A DNA stretch of 64,000 bases, taken from positions 185,223 to 249,222 of the forward strand of contig CAWJQU010000017.1 of NCBI GenBank assembly GCA_963845145.1, written 5' to 3'. The stretch is from an uncultured delta proteobacterium (GTDB lineage Bacteria > Desulfobacterota > Desulfobacteria > Desulfobacterales > QNYZ01). Shown here piece after piece: positions 31,069-40,447 of the stretch (position 1 is the first letter of the stretch; each line of letters opens with the position of its first letter). The notes beneath the pieces were generated by a model, which saw only the letters and a list, made by a program, of their open reading frames with translations, was not told where the DNA came from and did not search any database. A program made the position numbers and the translations under genes.

Positions 31069-31675
31069 AAACTTTTTCCCTAAAATGGTCCGTCAGCCCC
31101 AATTGATTCAGGCTGTCAACGATCTCGCTCATGGGCAGTCCGACAACATTGGTGTAAGACCCGGAAATGGTAGCCACCATAAAAGCGCCTTGCCCCTGTA
31201 TGGCATAGGCACCGGCCTTGTCAAACGGTTCTTTGGTATCAAGATACCATTCGATTTCAGCGTCGGTCAAGGATTTGAAACGGACAACCGTACAAACCAT
31301 TTTTGATTCAGTGATCTTTTGTTTTTCACATCGGACGGCATAGCCTGTCAAAACTTTGTGAGTACGACCATTGAGCCGTTTCAACATCGCTCTTGCTTCG
31401 GCCGTCGAAGCCGGTTTCCCCAATAGGGCGCTATCGATAAACACAATGGTGTCTGCCCCGATAACATAGGCATCCGGGTATCGCCGGGCAACCGCCGCTG
31501 CTTTTTTTTCAGCCAACAACCGGGCCTGGTCTTCGGGAGCATGTAAGCCAATCAGCGTCTCATCAACAGCGCTGGGAATGACATCGAATTTCAACCCCAC
31601 CTGCTCCAAAAGGAACTTGCGGCGAGGAGAACCTGAAGCCAGGATTAATCGTGACTGTTTTTTTTGCCCTTTCAT
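31052..31675 (-). CDS. maf: Maf-family nucleotide pyrophosphatase
   Basis: ILASGSPRR, IGADT, LGKP, DKAGAYAIQG, NVVGLP. Confidence 0.95.
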   Translation of the reverse strand: MKGQKKQSRLILASGSPRRKFLLEQVGLKFDVIPSAVDETLIGLHAPEDQARLLAEKKAAAVARRYPDAYVIGADTIVFIDSALLGKPASTAEARAMLKRLNGRTHKVLTGYAVRCEKQKITESKMVCTVVRFKSLTDAEIEWYLDTKEPFDKAGAYAIQGQGAFMVATISGSYTNVVGLPMSEIVDSLNQLGLTDHFREKVFETQP

Positions 31676-31838
31676 TATCCTCTCATTTTATCGATAAACG
31701 GCGTTATTTCAATCCAAGTGAAATGGGATACAGGATATCAGCAAAAATAAATTTTAGCTATCAATGCTTGACAGTGGTCGCCATACCGAGTAAAAAATCA
31801 TCCAAATTAATGGGTCCCATTCATATCCATACCAAATA

Positions 31839-31927
31839 GCCCGGGTGGCGGAATAGGTAGACGCAAGGGACTTAAAATCCCTCGGTCCTTAGAGACCGTG
31901 CGAGTTCAATTCTCGCCCCGGGCACCA
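31839..31927 (+). tRNA. tRNA-Leu(TAA)
   Basis: GCCCGGGTGGCGGAATAGGTAGACGC...AGGGA-CTTAAAA-TCCCT, long variable arm, ends CCA. Confidence 0.96.
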
Positions 31928-32007
31928 AAAATTTTCAGTTAGTGGATTTCCTTGTCCCGCACTGTTTTCTGATTTGTCAGCTTACCGATTGAAAGACAGG
32001 TGATGGC

Positions 32008-32709
32008 ATAAAAACGCATTCTCTACGCATTTTAATTGTCGAAGATAATCCGGATCTTGCTGAAAATATAGCCGAATTTTTCGAGATCCAAGGTCATGTC
32101 CTCGATTTCGCCATGGACGGCATCGGTGGATTTCATCTGGCACTAACCGAAATTTATGATGCCATTATACTGGATATCATGTTGCCGGGAATGGACGGAT
32201 TGACTTTCTGCAAAAAATTGCGAGAAGAGGGGGGCAAGCAAACACCGGTGTTGATGTTAACCGCACGTGATACCCTTTTTGATAAATTGGAAGGTTTTAA
32301 CGCCGGTACGGATGATTACCTGGTAAAGCCATTTGAGTTAGAAGAGCTTAGCGCCCGAATCCACGCCTTAGTCAGGCGTTCGGACCATTCGAAACAGAAT
32401 CTTTTACGTGTCGGTGACCTTGAGGTCGATCTTGGAAAAATGCAAGCCCGACGAGCTGGCCTGCCGATCGAGTTGAACCGCACTTGTCTGAAAATCCTTG
32501 TGTTACTGATAAAATCTTCGCCCAATGTCGTCACGCGTAATGACATTGAACATGAACTTTGGAAGGATATGCCACCTGATAGTGATGCCCTCCGAAGCCA
32601 TATTTACATCTTACGGCGGGCAATCGACAAGCCCTATAAGTATCAACTGATCAATACCGTACACGGTATCGGTTACCAATTAGTAGATCCCCGTGACCTT
32701 TCGACATAG
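32008..32709 (+). CDS. ColR-like OmpR-family response regulator; the receiver N-terminus extends upstream of the annotated ATG 32113 to a probable ATA start
   Basis: In-frame IKTHSLRILIVEDNPDLAENI before 32113; LDIMLPG, TARD, DDYLVKPF, PPDSDALRSHIY, TVHGIGY. Confidence 0.85.
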   Translation: MKTHSLRILIVEDNPDLAENIAEFFEIQGHVLDFAMDGIGGFHLALTEIYDAIILDIMLPGMDGLTFCKKLREEGGKQTPVLMLTARDTLFDKLEGFNAGTDDYLVKPFELEELSARIHALVRRSDHSKQNLLRVGDLEVDLGKMQARRAGLPIELNRTCLKILVLLIKSSPNVVTRNDIEHELWKDMPPDSDALRSHIYILRRAIDKPYKYQLINTVHGIGYQLVDPRDLST

Positions 32710-33982
32710 CCTTCGATTTCGAATCATTTTTTCGTTCTGTTTCTTCGGTGCCGTTCTCGGGATCGTTTATGCCACGATTGTTTACATATCCCTGGACATG
32801 ATTGATGACTATCTTATCAATGTCCGTTTTAAAGAGGAAACCGAGCATTTTATTAGTCAATATAAACGCCAAAGCGTCAATCCCCGGCCAATATCGCCTT
32901 ATATCAGTGTCTATGTAGGCAAGGAATCCATGCCTGCTTCTAAATCGGAAATTGTTGCAGGGCTACCGGTTGGCGTTCATGAAGCGTATCGTGATGGAGA
33001 AGAGTACCATATCGCGATACATCGCCTTCAAAATCAGGAAAACCGGTTGTACCTTTTCTATGAAGTTACCGATCTTGAATTCACCGAAAAGCGCAAATTG
33101 GGCATACGACTTGTTTTGGTCGCTGGTGTTATTTTAATCACACTACTTGGTTGGTGGATTGGCTGGCTGACTTCACGCCGGGTCATCGCTCCAGTTGTTC
33201 AGTTATCAAAGGTCGTGGCCAAATCCGGGCCAGTTGATTTACCCATAAACCTTTCGAAATCTTTTTATGATGATGAAGTCGGTGTGCTTGCCAAAGGGCT
33301 TGAGCAGGCCATGGAAAGGGTTGAAACCTTTGTTGAACGTGAACAGCGATTTAGCCGTTACGCCAGCCATGAACTGCGAACTCCGGTAACCATTATCAAA
33401 GGGGCCGTGGAGTTGCTGAAGAAAAAACTCTCCCCCAAGGACGAACCCATATGGCGGACGTTGAAACGAATTGAACGATCGGTCATTAATATGGAAAACA
33501 TTATCGCGACACTCCTTTGGTTGTCGCGGGAAAATGAGGCGATTGAACGTGATCAACCGTTTGCCGTCGTACCGATTGTCCAGGAAACGATTAAACAGAA
33601 TCGTTATCTGATCGGGAATAAACCAATCGATATAGAAGTTTTAATAGAGCACGAACCACAACTATCCTTGTCCCCCTTCCTGCTTCAAATTGCGGTCACC
33701 AATTTAATCCGTAATGCCATACAACATACGGAGTCAGGTAAAATCAGCGTTATCATCAAGCATGATCGTGTCATTGTGGCCGATAATGGTAGGGGCATGT
33801 CGACGGATGATTTGGCGGAGATCATCCAACATCAAGACCAGAAAGACTGGAAAAAGGGCGCTGGACTGGGACTTTTAATTGTTAAGCGTTTATGTGGCCG
33901 CCTATCATGGACTTTGGAAATTGAAAGTGAAGCCGGCCGTGGCACAACGGTTCAACTGATTTTTCGAGCGGTTGAAGCCTAA
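32693..33982 (+). CDS. ColS-like sensor histidine kinase
   Basis: 2 TM; periplasmic GVHE...YH and ExxE (LEFTE); HAMP; SHELRTP, NLIRNA, DNGRG, GAGLGL. Confidence 0.88.
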   Translation: MTFRHSLRFRIIFSFCFFGAVLGIVYATIVYISLDMIDDYLINVRFKEETEHFISQYKRQSVNPRPISPYISVYVGKESMPASKSEIVAGLPVGVHEAYRDGEEYHIAIHRLQNQENRLYLFYEVTDLEFTEKRKLGIRLVLVAGVILITLLGWWIGWLTSRRVIAPVVQLSKVVAKSGPVDLPINLSKSFYDDEVGVLAKGLEQAMERVETFVEREQRFSRYASHELRTPVTIIKGAVELLKKKLSPKDEPIWRTLKRIERSVINMENIIATLLWLSRENEAIERDQPFAVVPIVQETIKQNRYLIGNKPIDIEVLIEHEPQLSLSPFLLQIAVTNLIRNAIQHTESGKISVIIKHDRVIVADNGRGMSTDDLAEIIQHQDQKDWKKGAGLGLLIVKRLCGRLSWTLEIESEAGRGTTVQLIFRAVEA

Positions 33983-34014
33983 CACCTTCCTGACTTATCC
34001 ACCTGCAATCCATT

Positions 34015-34053
34015 TTTCACTTCAATTTGACATCAATTTCACGTTTTTTTCAC
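34015..34053 (+). promoter_or_regulatory. Four TTT(C/G)AC half-sites at exact 11-bp period (ColR/OmpR-type operator)
   Basis: TTTCAC 34015, TTTGAC 34026, TTTCAC 34037, TTTCAC 34048, between the kinase and porin genes. Confidence 0.7.
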
Positions 34054-34147
34054 AACTTACTTTGTAATCTCCGATTATCAAAAATGCATTTAAATAAATG
34101 GGTGTTTAGATATTCATGTCACCCCTATAACGGATAGCGAAAAAAAT

Positions 34148-35506
34148 ATGGTTCGTTTTATGGCATCATTTAAAATATGCGAAGCAGATTGGAAGAAGAC
34201 GAAAATGACAGTTAAAAACAGCTTGGACCATCGAATACTAACATTGGTTTGCGTAATGGTCGCAGTGTTTCCCCTTATTTTTTTGTTTTCTTCGCCAAGC
34301 GATGCCGATGAAAATCGTTGGACAACTCGGTTCGAAACCATTGCGCGTGCCCTTGAGCGCGAGGCCGCCGATGGTCTTACCCTGCCGATTTACGAATATA
34401 TCAATATCGATTACACCCAACCCGACATGACCGGCCTGGCATTACATCTCTATGGCTGGGGTCGTTTGGCTTTAAACGAAGGGAACGACGACACGAATAA
34501 TCCAGACGGTGAGCTATTATTCGGGTATGTCTCCTACAAATTCGCCGAAAGCGACCTTCAGGCACAATTGGGGCGAATTGAGATGTTCAACCGGTTATCC
34601 AGTGAGGCTTTCGATGGGGTGCGGGTCACCATGCCCCTCTGGTCGTTTCTCGATGCGGAGGTTTTTGGCGGTTCCCCCATTTCAAAGGATGCGGACGGAA
34701 TAGAAGCCGGGAGTCTGATCTATGGCGGTAGTTTGACGCATCGAATTGACAACTTGTATCACCTGACGCTGGGCTATAAGCAGGTGGCCTATGATACCCT
34801 TGACGATGGCGAAACCCTAACCGTCAATTTTGGTTTCCAACCCTTTTCGTCGCTCTACTTTACGGGGCGGTCGACGTATAACCTCACCAGCCAGGGGTGG
34901 CCGGAACATTCCTATCAATTAACCGTTTTAGCCGGTGATCTGAGCATAGAACCCTACTACCAACGATTTCAATTTGACGATCTTTTTGGGGAGAAAAATA
35001 GTGTCCCTTCTCCTTTTCGTGCATTTGCGGATATAGGCGATGTATTGGATGTCGTGGGCGGCAAAATTGACTGGACGGCCAGCACCCATATCTCTACAGG
35101 GCTTACTATTGAAAAATACGGCCATAGCGAAAATGATATCAACGCCCTCTCTTCACAGCTGCGATTGCTGTGGCAACTATCTTCCAATCTGCAGGTTGGA
35201 ACCGATTTAGGTGTCGTTGACGGAGATACCGCCCGAACCGGTTATCGCCAAGGAAGGATCTTTTTCCATCTGGCTCAAATTCCGCTTTACGGGATGGTCC
35301 TCTATTTTAGTGGCGATCTGTTGCTGGCAAATTATGATGAAGCATTCAATGGTGAGGATCGGTCGATAGATGTGACGGGTAGTGTCGGGAGCCATTTTTT
35401 AAATGATAAGCTTGAGCTAAAATTGGCGGCCGAATACAGCGAAAATCCGTATTTTTTAGAAGACTTTCGAGGAACATTCATTCTGATCTACAATATTGGT
35501 AATTAA
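34148..35506 (+). CDS. Outer-membrane beta-barrel, ExtE/ExtB-like porin of a porin-cytochrome conduit (start probably ATG 34205)
   Basis: Signal peptide ending SDA; alternating aromatic/Gly beta-strands (LPIYEY, LHLYGWGR); C-terminal FILIYNI; directly upstream of two multiheme cytochromes. Confidence 0.7.
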   Translation: MVRFMASFKICEADWKKTKMTVKNSLDHRILTLVCVMVAVFPLIFLFSSPSDADENRWTTRFETIARALEREAADGLTLPIYEYINIDYTQPDMTGLALHLYGWGRLALNEGNDDTNNPDGELLFGYVSYKFAESDLQAQLGRIEMFNRLSSEAFDGVRVTMPLWSFLDAEVFGGSPISKDADGIEAGSLIYGGSLTHRIDNLYHLTLGYKQVAYDTLDDGETLTVNFGFQPFSSLYFTGRSTYNLTSQGWPEHSYQLTVLAGDLSIEPYYQRFQFDDLFGEKNSVPSPFRAFADIGDVLDVVGGKIDWTASTHISTGLTIEKYGHSENDINALSSQLRLLWQLSSNLQVGTDLGVVDGDTARTGYRQGRIFFHLAQIPLYGMVLYFSGDLLLANYDEAFNGEDRSIDVTGSVGSHFLNDKLELKLAAEYSENPYFLEDFRGTFILIYNIGN

Positions 35507-35569
35507 CTGAAGGGCTGCAAGGATGGCAATATTCAATCGTGCGGGATTTATTAACAAAAGGAAACAACG

Positions 35570-36034
35570 ATGATTAATCGAATCGGCGGCTGTCTTCTCA
35601 TATTCATTATCGGGATAGGCCTGTTTGCATGTGCCACCATGACATCCGGGTATCGTTGGCCATCCATTCATCCTGAAGACTTGGGTGGACAGCGGCCGCT
35701 ATGTATCAGTTGCCATGATATTCAAGATGAGAATTTTCCATATGCAAGGTACAACCATACATTAGATTTCGGCACTCAGCACCGAATGGCGGCGTTTGAA
35801 AACGAACGTGCATGCCGGATGTGTCACCAGCAAAAGTTTTGTAGTGATTGCCATTCGGCCCGCACTGAACTGAAGCCTTCCACACGTTTTCCCGATAAAA
35901 CGACGCGTCGCTTTCATCACCGTGGTGACTATCTGACGCGCCACCGAATCGACGGCAAACTTAATCCGGTCTCGTGTATTCGTTGCCATGGAACGGCATC
36001 AACGACCACGCTTTGCCGCAAGTGCCACGGTTAA
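35570..36034 (+). CDS. Pentaheme c-type cytochrome lipoprotein (ExtF/ExtC-like)
   Basis: Lipobox LFAC; CISCH, CRMCH, CSDCH, CIRCH, CRKCH. Confidence 0.9.
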   Translation: MINRIGGCLLIFIIGIGLFACATMTSGYRWPSIHPEDLGGQRPLCISCHDIQDENFPYARYNHTLDFGTQHRMAAFENERACRMCHQQKFCSDCHSARTELKPSTRFPDKTTRRFHHRGDYLTRHRIDGKLNPVSCIRCHGTASTTTLCRKCHG

Positions 36035-36119
36035 TCAATGATAACGCTATCAATTACCGCTGGCAGAGATCGCTAACGCAAACAGATACGACCGCGTTTC
36101 AATTTAGGAGCACGTAATA

Positions 36120-37388
36120 ATGAAATTGTTGAGATCTTGGTTATGGCGCTTGCTTGGATTATTTATGATTATAGCCGGGTGTGCTACGGAAAATCCGGCG
36201 GGGCTGAATGTGCATTCGGCGGATTGGGCCAATCCAGCGTTGAGTGGCAACTCGGGGTTTCATGGCGCGGTGGTTCAAAATGACGGTACGGCATCGTGCA
36301 CGACTTGTCACGGCGCCAGTCTTAACGGTTCCGGTACTGCTCCCGGTTGCGGCACCTGTCACTTCGGACCGGCAGGGGGCCGGGAACCGGCAAACGGTAA
36401 CTGGACACACGATTCAAACCAACATGCCAACCAGGCGATATACAGTGCAATTTGCAATCAATGTCATGATACCCGTCGGCGTTTTGGTCTGGGACCGTCG
36501 GCATGTCACGACTGCCATGATGCCGGTACGCCCACCCATCCAACCGGGCGGCCGTGGCTCGATAAGGATGAGGCTCAATTCCATGGGGGCAGTTCACTGA
36601 ATTGTACACAATGCCATTCGGTCCCGGCCGACTGCAATCGGTGTCATTTTGGGGCCGATGGCCAGCGATCCCCCGGAGGGTGGTCCCATGGGCTGAATGA
36701 TTCCCATCGTCGCTACACGGACCAAAGAGATGTTTGCAACCAATGCCATAATCTCAATCGCAATTACGGAAACGCGCCGAGCGGCTGTCACGATTGTCAT
36801 GCTGATGCGACCCATGTCACCGGTCGCCCATGGCTCGACAAGAAAAACGCACAGTTTCATGGTGACAGTTCGCTTGATTGTGCGAGCTGCCATTCGGTTC
36901 CCGCCGATTGTAACCGGTGTCATTTCGGCGCCAACGGCCAGCGATCACCCGGCGGATGGTCTCATGGCTTAAATGACGCCCATCGAAACTATACCTCTCG
37001 TACCGGTGTGTGTAACCAATGCCATAATCTCAATCGTAGCTACGGAAACGCGCCGAGCGGCTGTCACGATTGTCATGCCAATGCGACCCATGTCACCGGT
37101 CGCCCGTGGCTCGACAAGAAAAACGGACAGTTTCATGGCGACAGTTCGCTTGATTGTGCCCGTTGTCATTCGGTTCCCGCCGATTGTAACCGGTGTCATT
37201 TCGGCGCCAACGGCCAGCGCTCTCCCGGTGGATGGTCACATGGTTTAAATGACGCCCATGAACGTTTCTCGTCTCGTTCCAGTGTGTGCAACCAATGCCA
37301 CAATCTCAATCGTAGCTTTGGCAATGCACCTGGCCGCTGCCACGATTGCCATGGGGATGGCGATGACGACGATGACGACGATGATTGA
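36120..37388 (+). CDS. 16-heme c-type cytochrome lipoprotein of four tetraheme modules with a poly-Asp tail
   Basis: Lipobox IAGC; 16 CxxCH motifs counted; ends GDGDDDDDDDD. Confidence 0.92.
   Translation: MKLLRSWLWRLLGLFMIIAGCATENPAGLNVHSADWANPALSGNSGFHGAVVQNDGTASCTTCHGASLNGSGTAPGCGTCHFGPAGGREPANGNWTHDSNQHANQAIYSAICNQCHDTRRRFGLGPSACHDCHDAGTPTHPTGRPWLDKDEAQFHGGSSLNCTQCHSVPADCNRCHFGADGQRSPGGWSHGLNDSHRRYTDQRDVCNQCHNLNRNYGNAPSGCHDCHADATHVTGRPWLDKKNAQFHGDSSLDCASCHSVPADCNRCHFGANGQRSPGGWSHGLNDAHRNYTSRTGVCNQCHNLNRSYGNAPSGCHDCHANATHVTGRPWLDKKNGQFHGDSSLDCARCHSVPADCNRCHFGANGQRSPGGWSHGLNDAHERFSSRSSVCNQCHNLNRSFGNAPGRCHDCHGDGDDDDDDDD
36534..37355 (+). repeat. Three tandem 276-bp (92-aa) intragenic repeats
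   Basis: Units start at 36534, 36810 and 37086 (acccat...tggctcga); units 2 and 3 are nearly identical in DNA. Confidence 0.92.
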
Positions 37389-37543
37389 TCAAAATAACAA
37401 TGCTCGCACACCATCATTGTTTTTTATGGCTATTTCCGATAAACCCGAATCATCATTTACACTCCTGTATATTATGCCTATCTGCTTATTGCCAGTTCGG
37501 GTGTGAATAGCGGGTCTGGGCGTTCTCCTTTAGGCTCATCATT

Positions 37544-38212
37544 ATGACTAATAAAATGGATCGGCCATCTGTCCCGACACGCGGTCGAACACTGGACTAT
37601 GCTGCACCGGTTTATGATTTACTTGAGCCGATTTTTTTGCTCGGGAAGCAGGCTGAGTATGACCGGCACATCGTCTCGCTGTTGAAACTTAGTGAAAAGG
37701 ACCAGGTGCTTGACTTAGGGTGTGGTACCGGGGTCCTTACACGAATGATCGGGGATCAACTGGTTGCCGAGTCCGGTGGTGTTGCCGTTGGTATTGATGC
37801 GGCGGCGAAGATGATAAAAGCAGCCGGGAAAAAACGCGAGAATGACACCTGTCGGTTTGACGTGGCGGCGGCGGAAGCGTTGCCCTATGAGGATGGCTCT
37901 TTCGACGCCGTCGTATCAAGCTTGTTTTTTCATCATGTTGATCTTGAACTGAAAAAAAAGGCTTTGGCCGAAGCCTGGCGGGTTTTGCGACCCAACGGCA
38001 AGCTGGTCATTGCCGATATGCATCGTCCCACCACATGGATGGGAGCATTGGTTTCCCATGTATCTCGCTGGTTCTTTATGCAACCCCAAATCGGAGAAAA
38101 TATCCGTGGGGTTTTACCGGAGTTGATCCAAGATACGGGGTTTCATTCGCCTGAAATCGTACGCACGTATTTTGGATATATTGCCGTTTTTTTAAGTTAC
38201 AAAGTTGCGTAA
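37544..38212 (+). CDS. Class I SAM-dependent methyltransferase (UbiE-like)
   Basis: VLDLGCGTG, GIDA, AEALPYEDGSFDAVVSSLFFHH, RVLRPNG. Confidence 0.88.
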   Translation: MTNKMDRPSVPTRGRTLDYAAPVYDLLEPIFLLGKQAEYDRHIVSLLKLSEKDQVLDLGCGTGVLTRMIGDQLVAESGGVAVGIDAAAKMIKAAGKKRENDTCRFDVAAAEALPYEDGSFDAVVSSLFFHHVDLELKKKALAEAWRVLRPNGKLVIADMHRPTTWMGALVSHVSRWFFMQPQIGENIRGVLPELIQDTGFHSPEIVRTYFGYIAVFLSYKVA

Positions 38213-38246
38213 ACAAATAAAATGGAACCCAAATATAATATAAGCT

Positions 38247-39275
38247 ATGGAAACCGCTAAGCCCGATACTTCGTCCATCGTCAATGCGCTACTACCCAAC
38301 CCATTGGATGCGCTAAAGGATGAATTGTCCGCCGCACTTTCCTTATACTGGCAATCCGCCGGACGCGTTCTGCAATCAAGCGGCGTTAACTTGTCGGAAC
38401 CCCCAAATGATTATTATTTTTTGGAGAAGAATTTTTTCTCGGCCTTATTTTTGTTTTCTTATCACCGTACCGGCATTGTCGGGCCGCGACGTATCACCTA
38501 TGCTGCCATAAACCAATGTCTGCGAGGGATGGTGACCGGTTGCGACAATATTTTAGATGATGAATATAAAAAAACGCTTGAAACTGATTTGCCTGAGAAA
38601 GGCGATCGTTTTCGGTCGGTGCTGGATATCATGGTATCCGAACGAATCCTTTTTGATATTCTTTTGGACGCATTTAAAACAAACGAGATGCCCCACGCAG
38701 CCGTTTTAAAAATCGGTGACGCTGCCTTGCACGCGCTTTTCCGCAGCGGTGCCCAGGAAGCTTCCGAAGAAAATGGGAATTCTCATGTGCTTCACCCCGA
38801 GCAAGTCCTATCAACCGTCCACCACTACAAAACCGGTTTGCTGTTCCAGTCCCCCTGGGCGATACCTATGGTTGTTGAAAACGGGCACAAAGACGTGATT
38901 CATTCAATGATGGACGCGTTATACAAAATTGGGATGGGATGCCAGATTCTAGACGACATGGTGGACCTGGCCAGTGACCTTCATCGCCGGCGTCACAATT
39001 ATTTGGTGTCTTTGATTTACCATGATGACGATTCGAGCCATTGGAAAAGCCTATGTCGGAAGCGATCATCGCAACCGGGAGTTGCCCAGGATGTGAATTT
39101 GGTTTCATTATTTCCCGAAGCGTTATCAATAGCCGGAGAGAGGGCCCGGGTATTCCTTGTAGAAGGTCTGGGTGGTCTTTTCGGGTCCGACAACCTTCAT
39201 TTTGTGGCGCCCGCCATATCGTTTCTATCTCAACGGATCGGGACGGATCGGTTTACGACCCTTTGTGATACATGA
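38247..39275 (+). CDS. Divergent class I isoprenoid-synthase-fold protein (prenyltransferase or terpene synthase)
   Basis: Asp-rich motifs CDNILDDE and QILDDMVD, YKTG motif, helical character. Confidence 0.7.
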   Translation: METAKPDTSSIVNALLPNPLDALKDELSAALSLYWQSAGRVLQSSGVNLSEPPNDYYFLEKNFFSALFLFSYHRTGIVGPRRITYAAINQCLRGMVTGCDNILDDEYKKTLETDLPEKGDRFRSVLDIMVSERILFDILLDAFKTNEMPHAAVLKIGDAALHALFRSGAQEASEENGNSHVLHPEQVLSTVHHYKTGLLFQSPWAIPMVVENGHKDVIHSMMDALYKIGMGCQILDDMVDLASDLHRRRHNYLVSLIYHDDDSSHWKSLCRKRSSQPGVAQDVNLVSLFPEALSIAGERARVFLVEGLGGLFGSDNLHFVAPAISFLSQRIGTDRFTTLCDT

Positions 39276-40444
39276 CATTACGTGCATTTATTTTCTGGGT
39301 TCGAACCGCCGCATCATTTCTTTTTCACGCCTGGCGGTCGACCGTGGTGCTGGCCCTGATGGTTACTGTTTCCGTGGCGACGTTGACTTTTCTTTCAGCC
39401 CTCGCCATCGGCGTGAATGACACCATGATCCAAAATTCCGTCAGCCTGCATTCGGGCCACATCACCGCCATTGATTTACCTATCACAATATCACCGGATA
39501 GTCTGAAAATTGACGGAACCACCCATGTCCTCAAACGAACGGCGATATCCGGAACGCTTTTAAATCAACATCACGCCCATCCGATCCGCCTGATCGGGGT
39601 TGATCCGGCGGCAGAGGAAAAAATTACCGTTGTCAGCAAGAAAATTATTGAGGGCCGCTATCTGCGGGGCGATGAAAAGGCGATCTATTTAAGCAAAACA
39701 ATCGCGCAAAAATTAAAGGTGCGATCCGGCGACACCCTGATGTTTCGTCCGGAACAAAGCGCCATCCCCTTCGAACTGACTGTGGCCGGGACCTACCATG
39801 TCGGTATCGAGGCCTTCGACCGGGAGCTGTCATTTTTCCCGTATATGGCCTTGCCATTCCAGCCCCCCACATGGTCTGCGGCCATTTTTTTAAAGGATGG
39901 ATACGATCCCAGTACCATCATTGCCGAGTACCGGCGAATTTTTCCAGCGGTCACGGGGTTTTCATCCTGGAAAGAGATGATGCCGGATCTAAGCCAATTA
40001 ATTGAATTGAATTACCTCTCCATGAGTATTGTGATGGTGCTGGTTTTTGGGGTTGTTGCCATCGGGATTGCGTCTGCGTTTGTTGTTTTTATTGTAAAAG
40101 CGTTACGTGAATACGCTATTATGAAGGTTATGGGGGTAACCCCGGTAGAATTGTCGCTTCTAATCCTCAGCGAGGTCATGTTGATGAACCTGGCTGCGTG
40201 CACAGTTGGTACCATTCTGGGCATATTGGCCGTCAGTCTGTTCGGCCATAGCGGAATCGATCTGGGCCAATGGACTTCTTATAATCGATATTTTATTGTT
40301 TCCGCCATTATATTTCCACGGCTGACAATTTATTCCCTGATGGCGCCCCCGGTTCTGTCTATTATTTTTAGTATGATTGCGGCGATATGGCCGATTGTTC
40401 TGGTGTATCGAAAAAAAACAGCCGATATTTTACGGATTCAATAA
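39272..40444 (+). CDS. LolC/E (MacB/FtsX-type) ABC permease
   Basis: TM1, large periplasmic domain (LIGVDP, GRYL), 3 TMs with REYAIMKVMG. Confidence 0.85.
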   Translation: MTLRAFIFWVRTAASFLFHAWRSTVVLALMVTVSVATLTFLSALAIGVNDTMIQNSVSLHSGHITAIDLPITISPDSLKIDGTTHVLKRTAISGTLLNQHHAHPIRLIGVDPAAEEKITVVSKKIIEGRYLRGDEKAIYLSKTIAQKLKVRSGDTLMFRPEQSAIPFELTVAGTYHVGIEAFDRELSFFPYMALPFQPPTWSAAIFLKDGYDPSTIIAEYRRIFPAVTGFSSWKEMMPDLSQLIELNYLSMSIVMVLVFGVVAIGIASAFVVFIVKALREYAIMKVMGVTPVELSLLILSEVMLMNLAACTVGTILGILAVSLFGHSGIDLGQWTSYNRYFIVSAIIFPRLTIYSLMAPPVLSIIFSMIAAIWPIVLVYRKKTADILRIQ

Positions 40445-40447
40445 TTT

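Noticed and set aside
31839..31927. tRNA-Leu or selC as an integration site with a duplicated att
   Set aside because: No second copy of either tRNA 3' end and no integrase found in the window
36534..37355. Repeats as a CRISPR array or DGR template
   Set aside because: In-frame 276-bp coding repeats; no spacers, cas genes or reverse transcriptase
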